Positions 9,452-18,792 are shown, counted from the stretch's first letter. The stretch: 64,000 nucleotides of DNA from Bdellovibrionales bacterium (GCA_041739665.1 JBGSNK010000015.1:616-64615), one strand, 5' to 3'. Notes: generated by a model not told the origin, from the letters alone. A program made the numbers and translations.

Positions 9452-9754
9452 ATGAGCACCCGCGATAAAATTGACACTCTACTTACAGAAAACAAAATTG
9501 TTCTATTTATGAAAGGACAGCCCGAAGCCCCTCAGTGTGGTTTCTCGGCCCGAGCCATTGCCATTCTTGCCGAACTGGGTGCCGAATATGCTTCCGTGAA
9601 TGTACTTGAGGATCCTGAGATCCGTGAAGGCATCAAGGAGTATGGTCAATGGCCAACTATTCCTCAACTTTACGTCAATAAAGAGTTGATTGGGGGCAGC
9701 GATATCATGATGGAAATGTTTGAAACCGGCGAACTGAAAGAGGCCATTAAGTAA
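9452..9754 (+). CDS. grxD: Monothiol glutaredoxin (Grx4 family)
   Basis: CGFS active site (PQCGFS), WPTIPQLY and GGSDI motifs. Adjacent to bolA, the known partner. Confidence 0.9.
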   Translation: MSTRDKIDTLLTENKIVLFMKGQPEAPQCGFSARAIAILAELGAEYASVNVLEDPEIREGIKEYGQWPTIPQLYVNKELIGGSDIMMEMFETGELKEAIK

Positions 9755-9757
9755 CAT

Positions 9758-9934
9758 ATGACACAAAATATGAGTCGCCTCGAAGCCATTTTGAGAATGT
9801 TTTTAGGTGGCTTTCTTTTTTACTTTTTTGTTCTCGGTGGGCCCACTTGGATGCTAGGTGGACTTTATCTGATGCTCAGCGGGTCCTTTCGCTTTTGCGT
9901 CCTTTATTACTATCTCAAACGCGGCAAACTTTAG
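9758..9934 (+). CDS. Possible 58-aa two-helix membrane protein (below the ORF-track cutoff)
   Basis: The ATG lies 3 nt after the grxD stop. Translation by hand: MTQNMSRLEAILRMFLGGFLFYFFVLGGPTWMLGGLYLMLSGSFRFCVLYYYLKRGKL. It has two hydrophobic stretches and a basic C-terminus. Confidence 0.35.
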   Translation: MTQNMSRLEAILRMFLGGFLFYFFVLGGPTWMLGGLYLMLSGSFRFCVLYYYLKRGKL

Positions 9935-10124
9935 GTTGTTGGTCGGGTTTCGATTTGAGACCTGATTTTCTGATTGCTTCCTTTCTGTTTATTTTTTGCC
10001 AGTCAGGACCTTGGTCTCTCCCCTGACTCAAAATCTTTTACTATTGCATAAAAAGCCCCACTTTTTTTCATGAAAACTTGCTTTTTTTCCGATCTATAAG
10101 AGATTTCAAGGAGGCTCTAAAAAT

Positions 10125-10808
10125 ATGAAGTTTTTAGTTGTGGACGATGATCCTGCCATTCTAAAAATGGTCCAAACTTTATTAGAGTTTGCTGGCCATC
10201 AAGTTAAGTGTTGTGAAAACGCGCTTGATGCCATTAAAGCGCTCAACGATTTGAGTTACGACATCTTAATTAGCGACGCAACTATGCCGGCTTACAGTGG
10301 TTTTGATTTAATCCGTACTGTGAAAAAAAAATCTACTCTTAAAAACATTAGTGTGGCCATGCTTACCGGCCGCAGCGAGAAGGGTGATATCGAGCAAGCT
10401 CTTGAGTTGGGCGTGCAAGACTATATTGTCAAACCCATTGAGCCCGAGCTTTTTTTAGAAAAGATGAAAAGACTCGTGGAAAAACATCCAAAGAGTCAAG
10501 ATTCACATAAAGAGATGATTCGTATCCAAGCGGTTCTTCAATACTCGATCACAGTTATTCAAATTACTGACATTGGAGTGCGCATCGAGTGCCCTCATCC
10601 CATGACAAAAGGAATGATCGTTAAACTCGATTTATCTGAACTCAAAAAGGTCGGCATCCGACAAAATCAATTTAAAGTGATATTCAACACTCCAAATACC
10701 AACGGCGGAAACTGCGTTGTAGAACTCCTGCTGCTCCACCTTGCCACCAAAGATCAAGAGGCCTTGAGTTCTCTCGCTAAGAAGTGGATGAGCAATCGTG
10801 CTGCATGA
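10125..10808 (+). CDS. Response regulator: receiver domain plus a C-terminal PilZ-like beta-barrel domain
   Basis: REC motifs (VVDDD.., ISDATMP, KPI). The C-terminal ~100 aa have a PilZ-like strand pattern (VIQITDIGVRIECP..MIVKLDL), but the canonical RxxxR / DxSxxG motifs are not evident. Confidence 0.6.
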   Translation: MKFLVVDDDPAILKMVQTLLEFAGHQVKCCENALDAIKALNDLSYDILISDATMPAYSGFDLIRTVKKKSTLKNISVAMLTGRSEKGDIEQALELGVQDYIVKPIEPELFLEKMKRLVEKHPKSQDSHKEMIRIQAVLQYSITVIQITDIGVRIECPHPMTKGMIVKLDLSELKKVGIRQNQFKVIFNTPNTNGGNCVVELLLLHLATKDQEALSSLAKKWMSNRAA

Positions 10809-10820
10809 AGGATTGAAGCT

Positions 10821-11192
10821 ATGAAAATTTTGATTGCCGAAGACGATCTCAACATTATTAAAATTGCTCAAATTGTTTTAGAAAAAATTGGACAACACCA
10901 GGTCGTGACCGCCACTGATGGTGGGCAAGCCTTGAGTTTGGCTCTGGCTCAAGATTTTGACTTGCTTATTCTGGATGGAATGATGCCAGTTTTACCTGGG
11001 CTGGAAGTGTGTCGCCGTTACCAAAATGAGAAGCAAGGTCAAATTGCGCAAGTCATTTTCCTGAGTGCCAAATCATCGCAAAAAGATATTGATGAATTTT
11101 TACAACTCGGCGTCGGCTATATACAGAAACCATTTGAACCTAAAAATTTGTGTCCTATGATCGAAAACATCCTTAAACGAGCAGCGGCATGA
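10821..11192 (+). CDS. Single-domain CheY-like response regulator
   Basis: IAEDD.., LILDGMMP, LSAKS, KPF receiver motifs. Confidence 0.85.
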   Translation: MKILIAEDDLNIIKIAQIVLEKIGQHQVVTATDGGQALSLALAQDFDLLILDGMMPVLPGLEVCRRYQNEKQGQIAQVIFLSAKSSQKDIDEFLQLGVGYIQKPFEPKNLCPMIENILKRAAA

Positions 11193-12544
11193 AAACTATC
11201 AAAGCCAGAGTCAACTCTGTCCTCATCACTTTGCTAATCGCGACCAGTGGGCTGAGCTACTTGGCTTACACTAATTATCAAAAAACCGAATTCATCCAGC
11301 TCAAAGTTTCAGAGAGCTTAAGCATGCGTGACCTTGTCAAAGACTTGGACCCGCAAAACAAAGAGTCATCGAATATTCAAAAAATGCGCGCTTTCAAAGA
11401 TCAATTGCCAGACAGCAGCCGACGAACTGCCGTCAGTAATATGATCCAAGCTTACAATGCCAACAATAAGAGTCTTTATAAAAAAAGAGTGAACGAATTT
11501 GAAAAGAAGGAACAAAACTTTTTTGCTGTGGCCCAGTGGAATATAAAAAAATATAAAAATACTGCACATTTTTACGCCTTGCTTTCGATGAGTCTTCCCC
11601 TAATGGGGCTTTTTTGGTTGATTTATTTTTTTAACTTTGGCCTTCTCAATCCCTTGCAGACTCTCTCCAAAAGAATGATGGAGTTTTTGACTGACCAGTA
11701 CACTTTTCGATTTTCAAGCCCGCCGAACAATGAAATTGGTAATTTGGAGCGCACCTTCAATGCACTTGCACAAAAAGTTTTAAACAACATCGACGAACTG
11801 CAGTCCCTAGATCGAGCCAAGTCTGAATTCGTGAGTATTGCCAGTCACGAACTGCGCACCCCACTGACCTCTATTAAAGGGTCCCTAGGCTTATTAAGCA
11901 GTGAGGTTGTAGGCAAACTGGATCCCGATGCTAGAGATATGGTTTTGATTGCGGAACAAGAAACCGATCGATTAGTTCGTTTGATTAACGATATGCTCGA
12001 TCTTGCTAAAATAGAATCCCGCTCTCTGACTCTAAACAAAGAATGGACAGATATTGAAGAGCTTTTGCAAAAAACAGCACTAGGTTTACAAGGTTTTGCC
12101 ACGACTGCGCAAGTTCAAATCAAAGTTATCAATCCATTCTCTGACTGCGAAGCTTTAATTGATGCAGATCGTATTCAACAGGTCATCACAAACCTCATTT
12201 CTAATGCTATTAAATTTAGCCCTCAAGGTTCGCAAGTTTTCCTTGAGACCCAAAAATGCGACGACACGAGTTTGGAAATTTGCATAAGAGATCAAGGCCC
12301 AGGTATTTCGGAACTGAATCAGACGCTCATCTTTGAAAAGTTTCGACAAGCCACCGATGCCAATCACCATTTGGTAAAGGGCACCGGCTTGGGCTTAGCC
12401 ATCTCAAAAGCTTTGGTTGAACAGCATCAAGGACTAATTGGAGTTCGCTCACTCCTTGGACAAGGTTCCACCTTTTATTTTACCCTCAGAGAATGGCGCA
12501 AAAAGTCCCCTTCATCCTTAATCTTACAGAATGAGGCCGCTTGA
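11189..12544 (+). CDS. Sensor histidine kinase (2 TM, HAMP-like linker, HisKA, HATPase_c)
   Basis: ATGA overlap with the upstream REC gene. H box SHELRTPLTSI, N box ISNAIKFSP, G boxes IRDQGPGI and GTGLGLAISK. Confidence 0.9.
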   Translation: MKTIKARVNSVLITLLIATSGLSYLAYTNYQKTEFIQLKVSESLSMRDLVKDLDPQNKESSNIQKMRAFKDQLPDSSRRTAVSNMIQAYNANNKSLYKKRVNEFEKKEQNFFAVAQWNIKKYKNTAHFYALLSMSLPLMGLFWLIYFFNFGLLNPLQTLSKRMMEFLTDQYTFRFSSPPNNEIGNLERTFNALAQKVLNNIDELQSLDRAKSEFVSIASHELRTPLTSIKGSLGLLSSEVVGKLDPDARDMVLIAEQETDRLVRLINDMLDLAKIESRSLTLNKEWTDIEELLQKTALGLQGFATTAQVQIKVINPFSDCEALIDADRIQQVITNLISNAIKFSPQGSQVFLETQKCDDTSLEICIRDQGPGISELNQTLIFEKFRQATDANHHLVKGTGLGLAISKALVEQHQGLIGVRSLLGQGSTFYFTLREWRKKSPSSLILQNEAA

Positions 12545-12546
12545 TC

Positions 12547-12894
12547 ATGACAAAATCAAATTTTAACGACCTAATGAAAGAGCTTCAAATCGAGTATCTG
12601 GCAAGTTTTGACGAAAAAATTGAAAATATTAAGACCCATTATGACGGACAGGACTGGGAAAGCCTAGAGCTTGAGTTTCATAAGCTCAAAGGAACAGGAT
12701 CAACCTACGGAGTTCCAGAAGTCACCACTATTTTTGAAATTTTAGAAAAAGTTTGCCGAACAACCCAAAATTTGGATGAGCAACATCTGAACGGCGCTCT
12801 TTTGCTTCTGATACGGATTCGCGATAAATATCTCAATGGAGCGGCATTTGATCTTGCTAGCCAAGAGTCTTTCCAGAAGATTAAAGCTTTATAG
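12547..12894 (+). CDS. Stand-alone Hpt phosphotransfer protein
   Basis: HKLKGTGSTYG phospho-His motif. Starts 2 nt after the kinase stop (ATG 12547; an alternative TTG at 12541 overlaps the stop). Confidence 0.75.
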   Translation: MTKSNFNDLMKELQIEYLASFDEKIENIKTHYDGQDWESLELEFHKLKGTGSTYGVPEVTTIFEILEKVCRTTQNLDEQHLNGALLLLIRIRDKYLNGAAFDLASQESFQKIKAL

Positions 12895-12921
12895 GCGGGC
12901 TTTTTTCAGTTAAAAGACTTT

Positions 12922-13650
12922 ATGCCTTACAGTAATGACAAGCACGAAATGACTATCCCAGCAGGCTGCCCTTGGCACAACGCTCAACAGACTCTTGGTG
13001 CTCCAAATGTGAACTGGTGTGAAGACACACATTGTACCTGGATTAACGAACCCGCCAACACCTGGAGCAATCTGGGTTATATACTTGTCGGCATATACAT
13101 CATAAGAAAGCTCCAACAAAGTCATCTCCGCCTCTTTGGCTGGCTGGTTATGCTCATGGGTATTTTCTCTTTTACCTACCATGCTACAAATAACTTTTTC
13201 ACCCAGACCATAGATTTTGTCGGAATGTTCCTGATGATGAGCTTTCTTTTTGCATTTCACCTCAAAAGAATTCTACCGCCTTGGGGTTGTAACTTCTTTG
13301 CTACTTTTTGGTTTTTTATGTTTTTAAATACCTTTATCTTTTTAAGTTTTGGCATTTTCAATCAGCCTGTTCAAATAATAATGTTAATGAATGCCTTGCC
13401 CATTATGGCGCTCGACATTATTGCTGGCGCTCGTGAGGGCCACGTCAAAGAGTACAAATATTTTATCCTTTCGACCACTCTCCTGATCATTGCACAAGGT
13501 TTTGCCATTCTGGACATTCAACGAATTTACTGCAAGCCCGACAACCTTTGGCTGCATGGCCATGTAATTTGGCATCTTTTAGGTGGCTTTGCCATGCTTT
13601 TTGCCGGACTGCATATGGAAAAGATAATGAAATTAAAACAAAGTAAGTGA
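12922..13650 (+). CDS. Alkaline ceramidase family (CREST/PAQR-like) 7-TM hydrolase
   Basis: WCEDT...EPANTWSNLGYI, SFTYHATNNFFTQTIDFVGM and HGHVIWHLLGG correspond to the conserved WCE / NTxSN / H..T...Q..D / HxxWH blocks of alkaline ceramidases. Confidence 0.7.
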   Translation: MPYSNDKHEMTIPAGCPWHNAQQTLGAPNVNWCEDTHCTWINEPANTWSNLGYILVGIYIIRKLQQSHLRLFGWLVMLMGIFSFTYHATNNFFTQTIDFVGMFLMMSFLFAFHLKRILPPWGCNFFATFWFFMFLNTFIFLSFGIFNQPVQIIMLMNALPIMALDIIAGAREGHVKEYKYFILSTTLLIIAQGFAILDIQRIYCKPDNLWLHGHVIWHLLGGFAMLFAGLHMEKIMKLKQSK

Positions 13651-13690
13651 ACTGAATTTTGAAGGTTTAAACCCCGTAGGTGAAATTAAG

Positions 13691-14227
13691 ATGAGCAGTA
13701 CTAAAAATAACCCATGTAGCGATAGTCGTGTTTTAACCATGGCCGAGCACATCGGATCTTTTATTGAATACTGGGGGTTTAAACAGGTGCATGGTAAGGT
13801 CTGGACCCTTATATTTTTATCTCCCAAAGCTGTGGATGCCAATTATCTTAAAGAAAGTCTCAAGCTCTCAAAAGCTTTGATTAGTATGACGATTAAAGAT
13901 CTTCTGCATTACCGAGTGATCCTAGAAGTTGAAAAGGACAAACCTGGAACACAGAAGTATAAAATCAATCCCGACATCACCAATGTTATTCTAGATGTTT
14001 TAAATCAACGAGAACTTAAAATGTTGGTAGAGATTCAAGCAGCCTTTCAACTTTTATCCTTTGCCCAAAGCAAAAAAAATATTCCCCAAGTGGATAATTT
14101 ACGACTTGGAGAGCTCGGACTCATGGTAGATACGGCAAAGTCCATCCTAGAGGCCATGACTCATGGATCAAAAGTTGACTTCCAAAAGTTTGAAACCATT
14201 ATGACTCTTCGCGATCAGTGTCAGTAA
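13691..14227 (+). CDS. GbsR/MarR-type winged-helix transcriptional regulator
   Basis: ..IGSFIEYWGFKQVHGKVWTLIFLS..LSKALISMTIKDLLHY.. matches the GbsR-like N-terminal wHTH pattern. Confidence 0.6.
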   Translation: MSSTKNNPCSDSRVLTMAEHIGSFIEYWGFKQVHGKVWTLIFLSPKAVDANYLKESLKLSKALISMTIKDLLHYRVILEVEKDKPGTQKYKINPDITNVILDVLNQRELKMLVEIQAAFQLLSFAQSKKNIPQVDNLRLGELGLMVDTAKSILEAMTHGSKVDFQKFETIMTLRDQCQ

Positions 14228-14230
14228 ATA

Positions 14231-15709
14231 TTACGATTCTCGAGCTGCTTTGTAGATTTCAAGAGCTTTGAGCCTCTGCATCTTGTGATCGACAATAGGT
14301 TTTGGATAGCTCTTATTGTTTAATATCGGCTCATGTAATTCCTTTGGCTGAAGATCAGCTAGCTCTGGGACATACCTCTTAATATATTCACCCTTGGGAT
14401 CAAATTTGCAGCTCTGGGACCATGGATTAAAAATCCGGAAATAGGGTTGAGGATCACAGCCCGTTGAAGCTGCCCACTGCCAACCGCCATTATTGGGAGC
14501 CAAGTCTCCATCCAAAAGCATTTCCATAAAAAACTTTTCTCCCCAACGCCAATCAATTAAAAGATCCTTTGTCAAAAAAGAAGCCACAATCATGCGCACG
14601 CGGTTGTGCATCCAACCTGTACTTTGTAATTGCCGCATCCCTGCGTCGACAATGGGGAAACCGGTTTGTCCGTTCTTCCAAGCTTCAAACCAAGTTCTAT
14701 TGTTTTCCCACTGCAAACTCTCGTATTGACTTAAAAAAGATTGTTTTTCGACCTGTGGATGATGATAGAGAATATGATAATAAAATTCGCGCCAAATAAG
14801 TTCACTAAAGAAACTATCTCGTGAGGACGATTTCTTTTTATAAGGATTCAACTTTAGATAATAAATAATTTGTGGCACAGTTAAGGATCCATTTTTAAGA
14901 AAGATGGAAAAACCAGAAGTCCCTGGTAGAGAGGGAATATCTCTTTTACTTTGATAGTGCTCTAGACGTTCAGTAAAGCTCTGCAGTTCTTGGAAGGCTT
15001 GTAAGGAACCAGCTTTGGGAATTGCAATTTTCACACGTTTCCCATTTTCAGATAAATAACTTTGCAACACCTTGATCGCATCAGGACAGTTGGGCAGCAG
15101 CTCTTTCCAAGTTAAATTAAAACGTTTTGTGTTTTTTTTATTAAGACGTGATTTTAAATATTCAATACCTGCTTCTTCTTGCTGGACTCTTTTTTGAACA
15201 CTGTCGTCTTGAAAAATATCTAACCAACGACGGGCAAAAGGTGAGTAGACCTGGTAAGATTCATCGGTCTTATCTTTTTTGCCAAGCTCATGGGGCTCGA
15301 TCAGGAGGTGATCGCGAGCGACGAATGTCGCAATACTTTTTGACTTAAAAAAATCTTGCATTTTTTTGTCGCGCTGTCGGGCATAAGGTTCGTAATCCTG
15401 CCCCCAAGAGAGTAAGGTTGGTGGATTCGGTAAATCATTTAATATTTTTTGAAAAGCCACTTCGGGCCCGACATCCATAAAAAGAAGATCACTTCCCATC
15501 TCTAGAAGTTCAGATTGTAGCGATTTTAAAGTCTCCATAAAAAACTGAAATCGGTGAACAGAAAAGTCCTCTCGCCCTAAGAATTTTTTATCAAAGCAAA
15601 AGAGGCCGACCACGCGACCCTTGTTGCGTTTCCAGTTTTCGCTCAGTCCTCGGTTTCCAGCGACTCGTAAGTCGCGGCGAAACCAATGAATACCAAAGGG
15701 TTGATCCAA
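14231..15709 (-). CDS. phr: Deoxyribodipyrimidine photolyase / cryptochrome family
   Basis: HWFRRDLRV, WREFYYHI, TGFPIVDAGMRQL..TGWMHNRVRMIVASFLTKDL, LLDGDLAPNNGGWQWAASTG and PYFRIFNP motifs. TTG start with GGAGG upstream. Confidence 0.9.
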   Translation of the reverse strand: MDQPFGIHWFRRDLRVAGNRGLSENWKRNKGRVVGLFCFDKKFLGREDFSVHRFQFFMETLKSLQSELLEMGSDLLFMDVGPEVAFQKILNDLPNPPTLLSWGQDYEPYARQRDKKMQDFFKSKSIATFVARDHLLIEPHELGKKDKTDESYQVYSPFARRWLDIFQDDSVQKRVQQEEAGIEYLKSRLNKKNTKRFNLTWKELLPNCPDAIKVLQSYLSENGKRVKIAIPKAGSLQAFQELQSFTERLEHYQSKRDIPSLPGTSGFSIFLKNGSLTVPQIIYYLKLNPYKKKSSSRDSFFSELIWREFYYHILYHHPQVEKQSFLSQYESLQWENNRTWFEAWKNGQTGFPIVDAGMRQLQSTGWMHNRVRMIVASFLTKDLLIDWRWGEKFFMEMLLDGDLAPNNGGWQWAASTGCDPQPYFRIFNPWSQSCKFDPKGEYIKRYVPELADLQPKELHEPILNNKSYPKPIVDHKMQRLKALEIYKAARES

Positions 15710-15835
15710 GCTGCCTCCAAAAGTTGAAATGGGCGATGCTGCACCATCACCCCTTCCCTATTTATATAGAATAAATTATTGTTATATTGACTTTTTCGCA
15801 ACAATCAACGAGATTGTTCAAAAGGATGTGAACGA

Positions 15836-17215
15836 ATGAACGTACTCATTTCAGGTGGCACAGGTCTTGTTGGTTCCGAGCTTGGCAAGGCTCTGGTAGT
15901 TAAGGGTCATCAAGTTTTTATACTGACTCGCTCTAAAAAGAAAGCCAACAAACAATGCCCCTTTCCACAGACGGCTCTCAGTTATGAGGAGCTTGAAACT
16001 CATCCTGTATTGAAAAGTTTGGATCATATTATCAATCTGGCTGGGGCGAATCTCACCGACCGCAGATGGAATAATGATTTTAAAAAGCTGATCCGAAGTT
16101 CACGTGTTCAGACCACCGAACAACTGGTTCGTCTTGCCACTGAGAAATGTCCTCAACTTAAAAGTTTTGTTTCCACATCTGCTATTGGGATTTACGGAAA
16201 CACGGGTGATGAAATTGTTGATGAAGATCATCCTCTTTCCTATGATTTCTTAGGACAAGTTTGTCAGGATTGGGAAGCTCCTATATCTAATCTTAATAAA
16301 GACATCCGCCCAGTTATACTCAGGGTAGGAATTGTGTTCTCTGAGAAAGGCGGCGCTTTAAAGGAAATGGTTCCACCCATTCAAGCCGGCGTCGGCGGCC
16401 CCCTGGCAAGTGGCAATCAATTTATGAGTTGGATCGATATCGAAGATCTAGTGAATATGTACGTCTATGCTATCGAATCCTCAATTCGAGGAACTTTCAA
16501 TGCCGTTGGCCCTCAAGCTGAAAGCAACAATGACATCACTCAAACGATTGCCACCCACTTAGGGGTGAAAACCCTTATCAATGTTCCATTTTTTGCTCTT
16601 CGCATGATCGTGGGCGAAATGGCTGCTCATCTGGTCGAAAGTCAAAAGATCAGCTCCAAAAAAATTCAGGACCAGGGCTTCCATTTTCAGTGTCGAAAAA
16701 TGCAAGACTCCATTGTAAAAAGAGTTCCCGTGCTGAAGAATATGCAACGTCGCAAAATATTCGAGCAATGGGTTCCGAAATCAAAAGAGGAACTTTTTCC
16801 CTTTTTCTCGGATGCCTACAATTTAGAAAAAATAACGCCAGACAAATTGAATTTTCAAATTTTGTCGGTTTCATCCAATCCTGTACAAGAAGGTACTCTC
16901 ATTAAATACAAGCTCCGCATCGACGGAGTACCCGTGGGCTGGACGACTTTGATTAAAGAGTGGAACCCGCCCCATCACTTTGTCGACAATCAAGAAAAAG
17001 GACCTTACAAAAAATGGTTCCATTTTCATAAATTTGAAGAGCTTGCCGGAGGCACCCTCATGACCGATCAAGTGGATCTGGAAATTCCACTTGGCAAATT
17101 GGGTTTTGGCGCCGCTAGTTGGAAAGTCCTTAGAGATGTGGATATGATCTTTAACTATAGAAGAGATGTGATTTACGATATGTACTGTAAAAATAATGAG
17201 GAGACCTCTATATGA
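15836..17215 (+). CDS. Fusion protein: TIGR01777/YfcH-like atypical SDR (epimerase family) plus a C-terminal SRPBCC (cyclase/dehydrase-like) domain
   Basis: N-terminal Rossmann ISGGTGLVGSEL and YfcH-like body (~300 aa). The C-terminal ~150 aa (..GTLIKYKLRIDGVPVGWTTLIKEWNPPHHFVDNQEKGPYKKWFHFHKF..) fit the SRPBCC pattern. Confidence 0.65.
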   Translation: MNVLISGGTGLVGSELGKALVVKGHQVFILTRSKKKANKQCPFPQTALSYEELETHPVLKSLDHIINLAGANLTDRRWNNDFKKLIRSSRVQTTEQLVRLATEKCPQLKSFVSTSAIGIYGNTGDEIVDEDHPLSYDFLGQVCQDWEAPISNLNKDIRPVILRVGIVFSEKGGALKEMVPPIQAGVGGPLASGNQFMSWIDIEDLVNMYVYAIESSIRGTFNAVGPQAESNNDITQTIATHLGVKTLINVPFFALRMIVGEMAAHLVESQKISSKKIQDQGFHFQCRKMQDSIVKRVPVLKNMQRRKIFEQWVPKSKEELFPFFSDAYNLEKITPDKLNFQILSVSSNPVQEGTLIKYKLRIDGVPVGWTTLIKEWNPPHHFVDNQEKGPYKKWFHFHKFEELAGGTLMTDQVDLEIPLGKLGFGAASWKVLRDVDMIFNYRRDVIYDMYCKNNEETSI

Positions 17216-17778
17216 CAAAATTTATAATTCTAACAATGAGCATCTTATCCTTAACGGCACATTCTTTTGCCTTAGAAACAGTTCCACAACTTGATCTGGA
17301 ATCCTACAAAGGATTGTGGCATGAAATCGGTTCGATACCGCAAAGTTTTTCAAAGGATTGCGTGGCCAATACAACAGCCGAATACAACATCCTGGAGGAC
17401 GGCCTGGTGCAAGTTTTGAACTCCTGCTATGAAGCCGATGGCAATATTAATGTGGCCGAAGGACGTGCGCGCCTGGATCGCGAGCTCAATAGCCCCTCTA
17501 AACTTGAGGTCACATTTGTTAAGTTTATCGATTGGGTATGGTCTTTTTCTGGTGCCTATTGGGTGATTGATTTGGACGAAGCATATCAATGGTCTGTGGT
17601 GGGTCACCCAGATTTGACCTACTTGTGGATTTTATCGCGCACTCCCTCAATGAACCTTGAAAAATTGTACGAAATCCGCCGCGACATAGAGGCAATGGGT
17701 TATGATGCCTGCCAAGTCTTGATGACTAAAAACGACAGCAATACTTACAACGGACAAGAGCGACTTTGTGATTTATAA
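17212..17778 (+). CDS. blc: Bacterial lipocalin (Blc-like)
   Basis: ATGA overlap with the upstream gene; signal peptide. GLWHEIGSIP, TAEYN, YWVIDLD..YQWSVVG.P...YLWILSRTP are lipocalin SCR motifs. Confidence 0.85.
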   Translation: MTKFIILTMSILSLTAHSFALETVPQLDLESYKGLWHEIGSIPQSFSKDCVANTTAEYNILEDGLVQVLNSCYEADGNINVAEGRARLDRELNSPSKLEVTFVKFIDWVWSFSGAYWVIDLDEAYQWSVVGHPDLTYLWILSRTPSMNLEKLYEIRRDIEAMGYDACQVLMTKNDSNTYNGQERLCDL

Positions 17779-18720
17779 TGAATCACACACAGGATTGGGG
17801 TAATCTTGCAGGTGAGTTAGAATATCGAGAATATGAAAGATTGGCGTCACTCCCTCGCCACGACAATTGCTGTCGCAAAGTGCCTCAACGCGACAATCCC
17901 CGCTGTAATTAAAATCTTTTTCACCTGAAACCAAAATGCCTTCAACCCGACCTGTTATTGAATTTAAAACAGGTGAGCCCGAATTGGCTGCGAAGGCATC
18001 GACACTGGCCATAATCCTCTGACCTTGGCTTAGAATAAAGCCTCCATCCGAAATTTTTGAGGGCAATCCCATCGGATGACCGATCAACATCACCTGCTCA
18101 CCAACTGACACAGAACCTTGGCGTCGCAAATTCAAAGGGACACGATCTTCCACAGTACGATCCAAACGAATCACTGCATAGTCGACGGAACCCACCTCGC
18201 GGCGAACAATCTGACCACAAGAGTAAACACTTTCCAAGCCAACTCGATGTTCTTTTTGATCAGAGGTAAAATTAGCAAAATCAAAAACAAACTTAGTGTT
18301 TTCACATTCCGCTTGGCTGCGCACACAATGTCCGGCTGTCACAACTAAATCTTCACTTACCAAAAATCCCGAGCAAAATGCGGCTGTTGGCTGCTTAGCA
18401 AAGGGGTGACCTGGACATAGCCCGGCCATCTTTTCATAGGAAGGCCCATTGATTAGGTAAGAATCTTCTTCGAGCTGTAAAGAGTAATTATGCATAAGCG
18501 CCAAGGTGGCTTTTGCCCAATAGGCCGTTGTCAAACCTGGAGCTTCGAACCAATCCAATCTGTTGTCGGTTCCATAAATGGCACTGGCCTGTAAAGAGTC
18601 AGAATTTTGACAGGTCAAACCACTGTTGGACGCTAAGCGTTTCACAGTGCTCGGTTCCACTTGTGGCGAGCAAGCAGAGATGGCAAAGCTCACTAGAATG
18701 ACGATAAAGAGCCTGAACAT
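17773..18720 (-). CDS. Secreted trypsin-fold (S1, V8/Glu-endopeptidase-like) serine protease, lipoprotein signal
   Basis: Signal ..FAISACS. Catalytic triad context VVTAGHCV, DYAVIRLD and ANSGSPVL. Confidence 0.8.
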   Translation of the reverse strand: MFRLFIVILVSFAISACSPQVEPSTVKRLASNSGLTCQNSDSLQASAIYGTDNRLDWFEAPGLTTAYWAKATLALMHNYSLQLEEDSYLINGPSYEKMAGLCPGHPFAKQPTAAFCSGFLVSEDLVVTAGHCVRSQAECENTKFVFDFANFTSDQKEHRVGLESVYSCGQIVRREVGSVDYAVIRLDRTVEDRVPLNLRRQGSVSVGEQVMLIGHPMGLPSKISDGGFILSQGQRIMASVDAFAANSGSPVLNSITGRVEGILVSGEKDFNYSGDCRVEALCDSNCRGEGVTPIFHILDILTHLQDYPNPVCDSL

Positions 18721-18792
18721 GACTCTTCTTCGGTCGAGAGAATTAAGCTATTGAGTTTGTGTAAAAACGTTTAAAATCTGACAGGACTTTAG

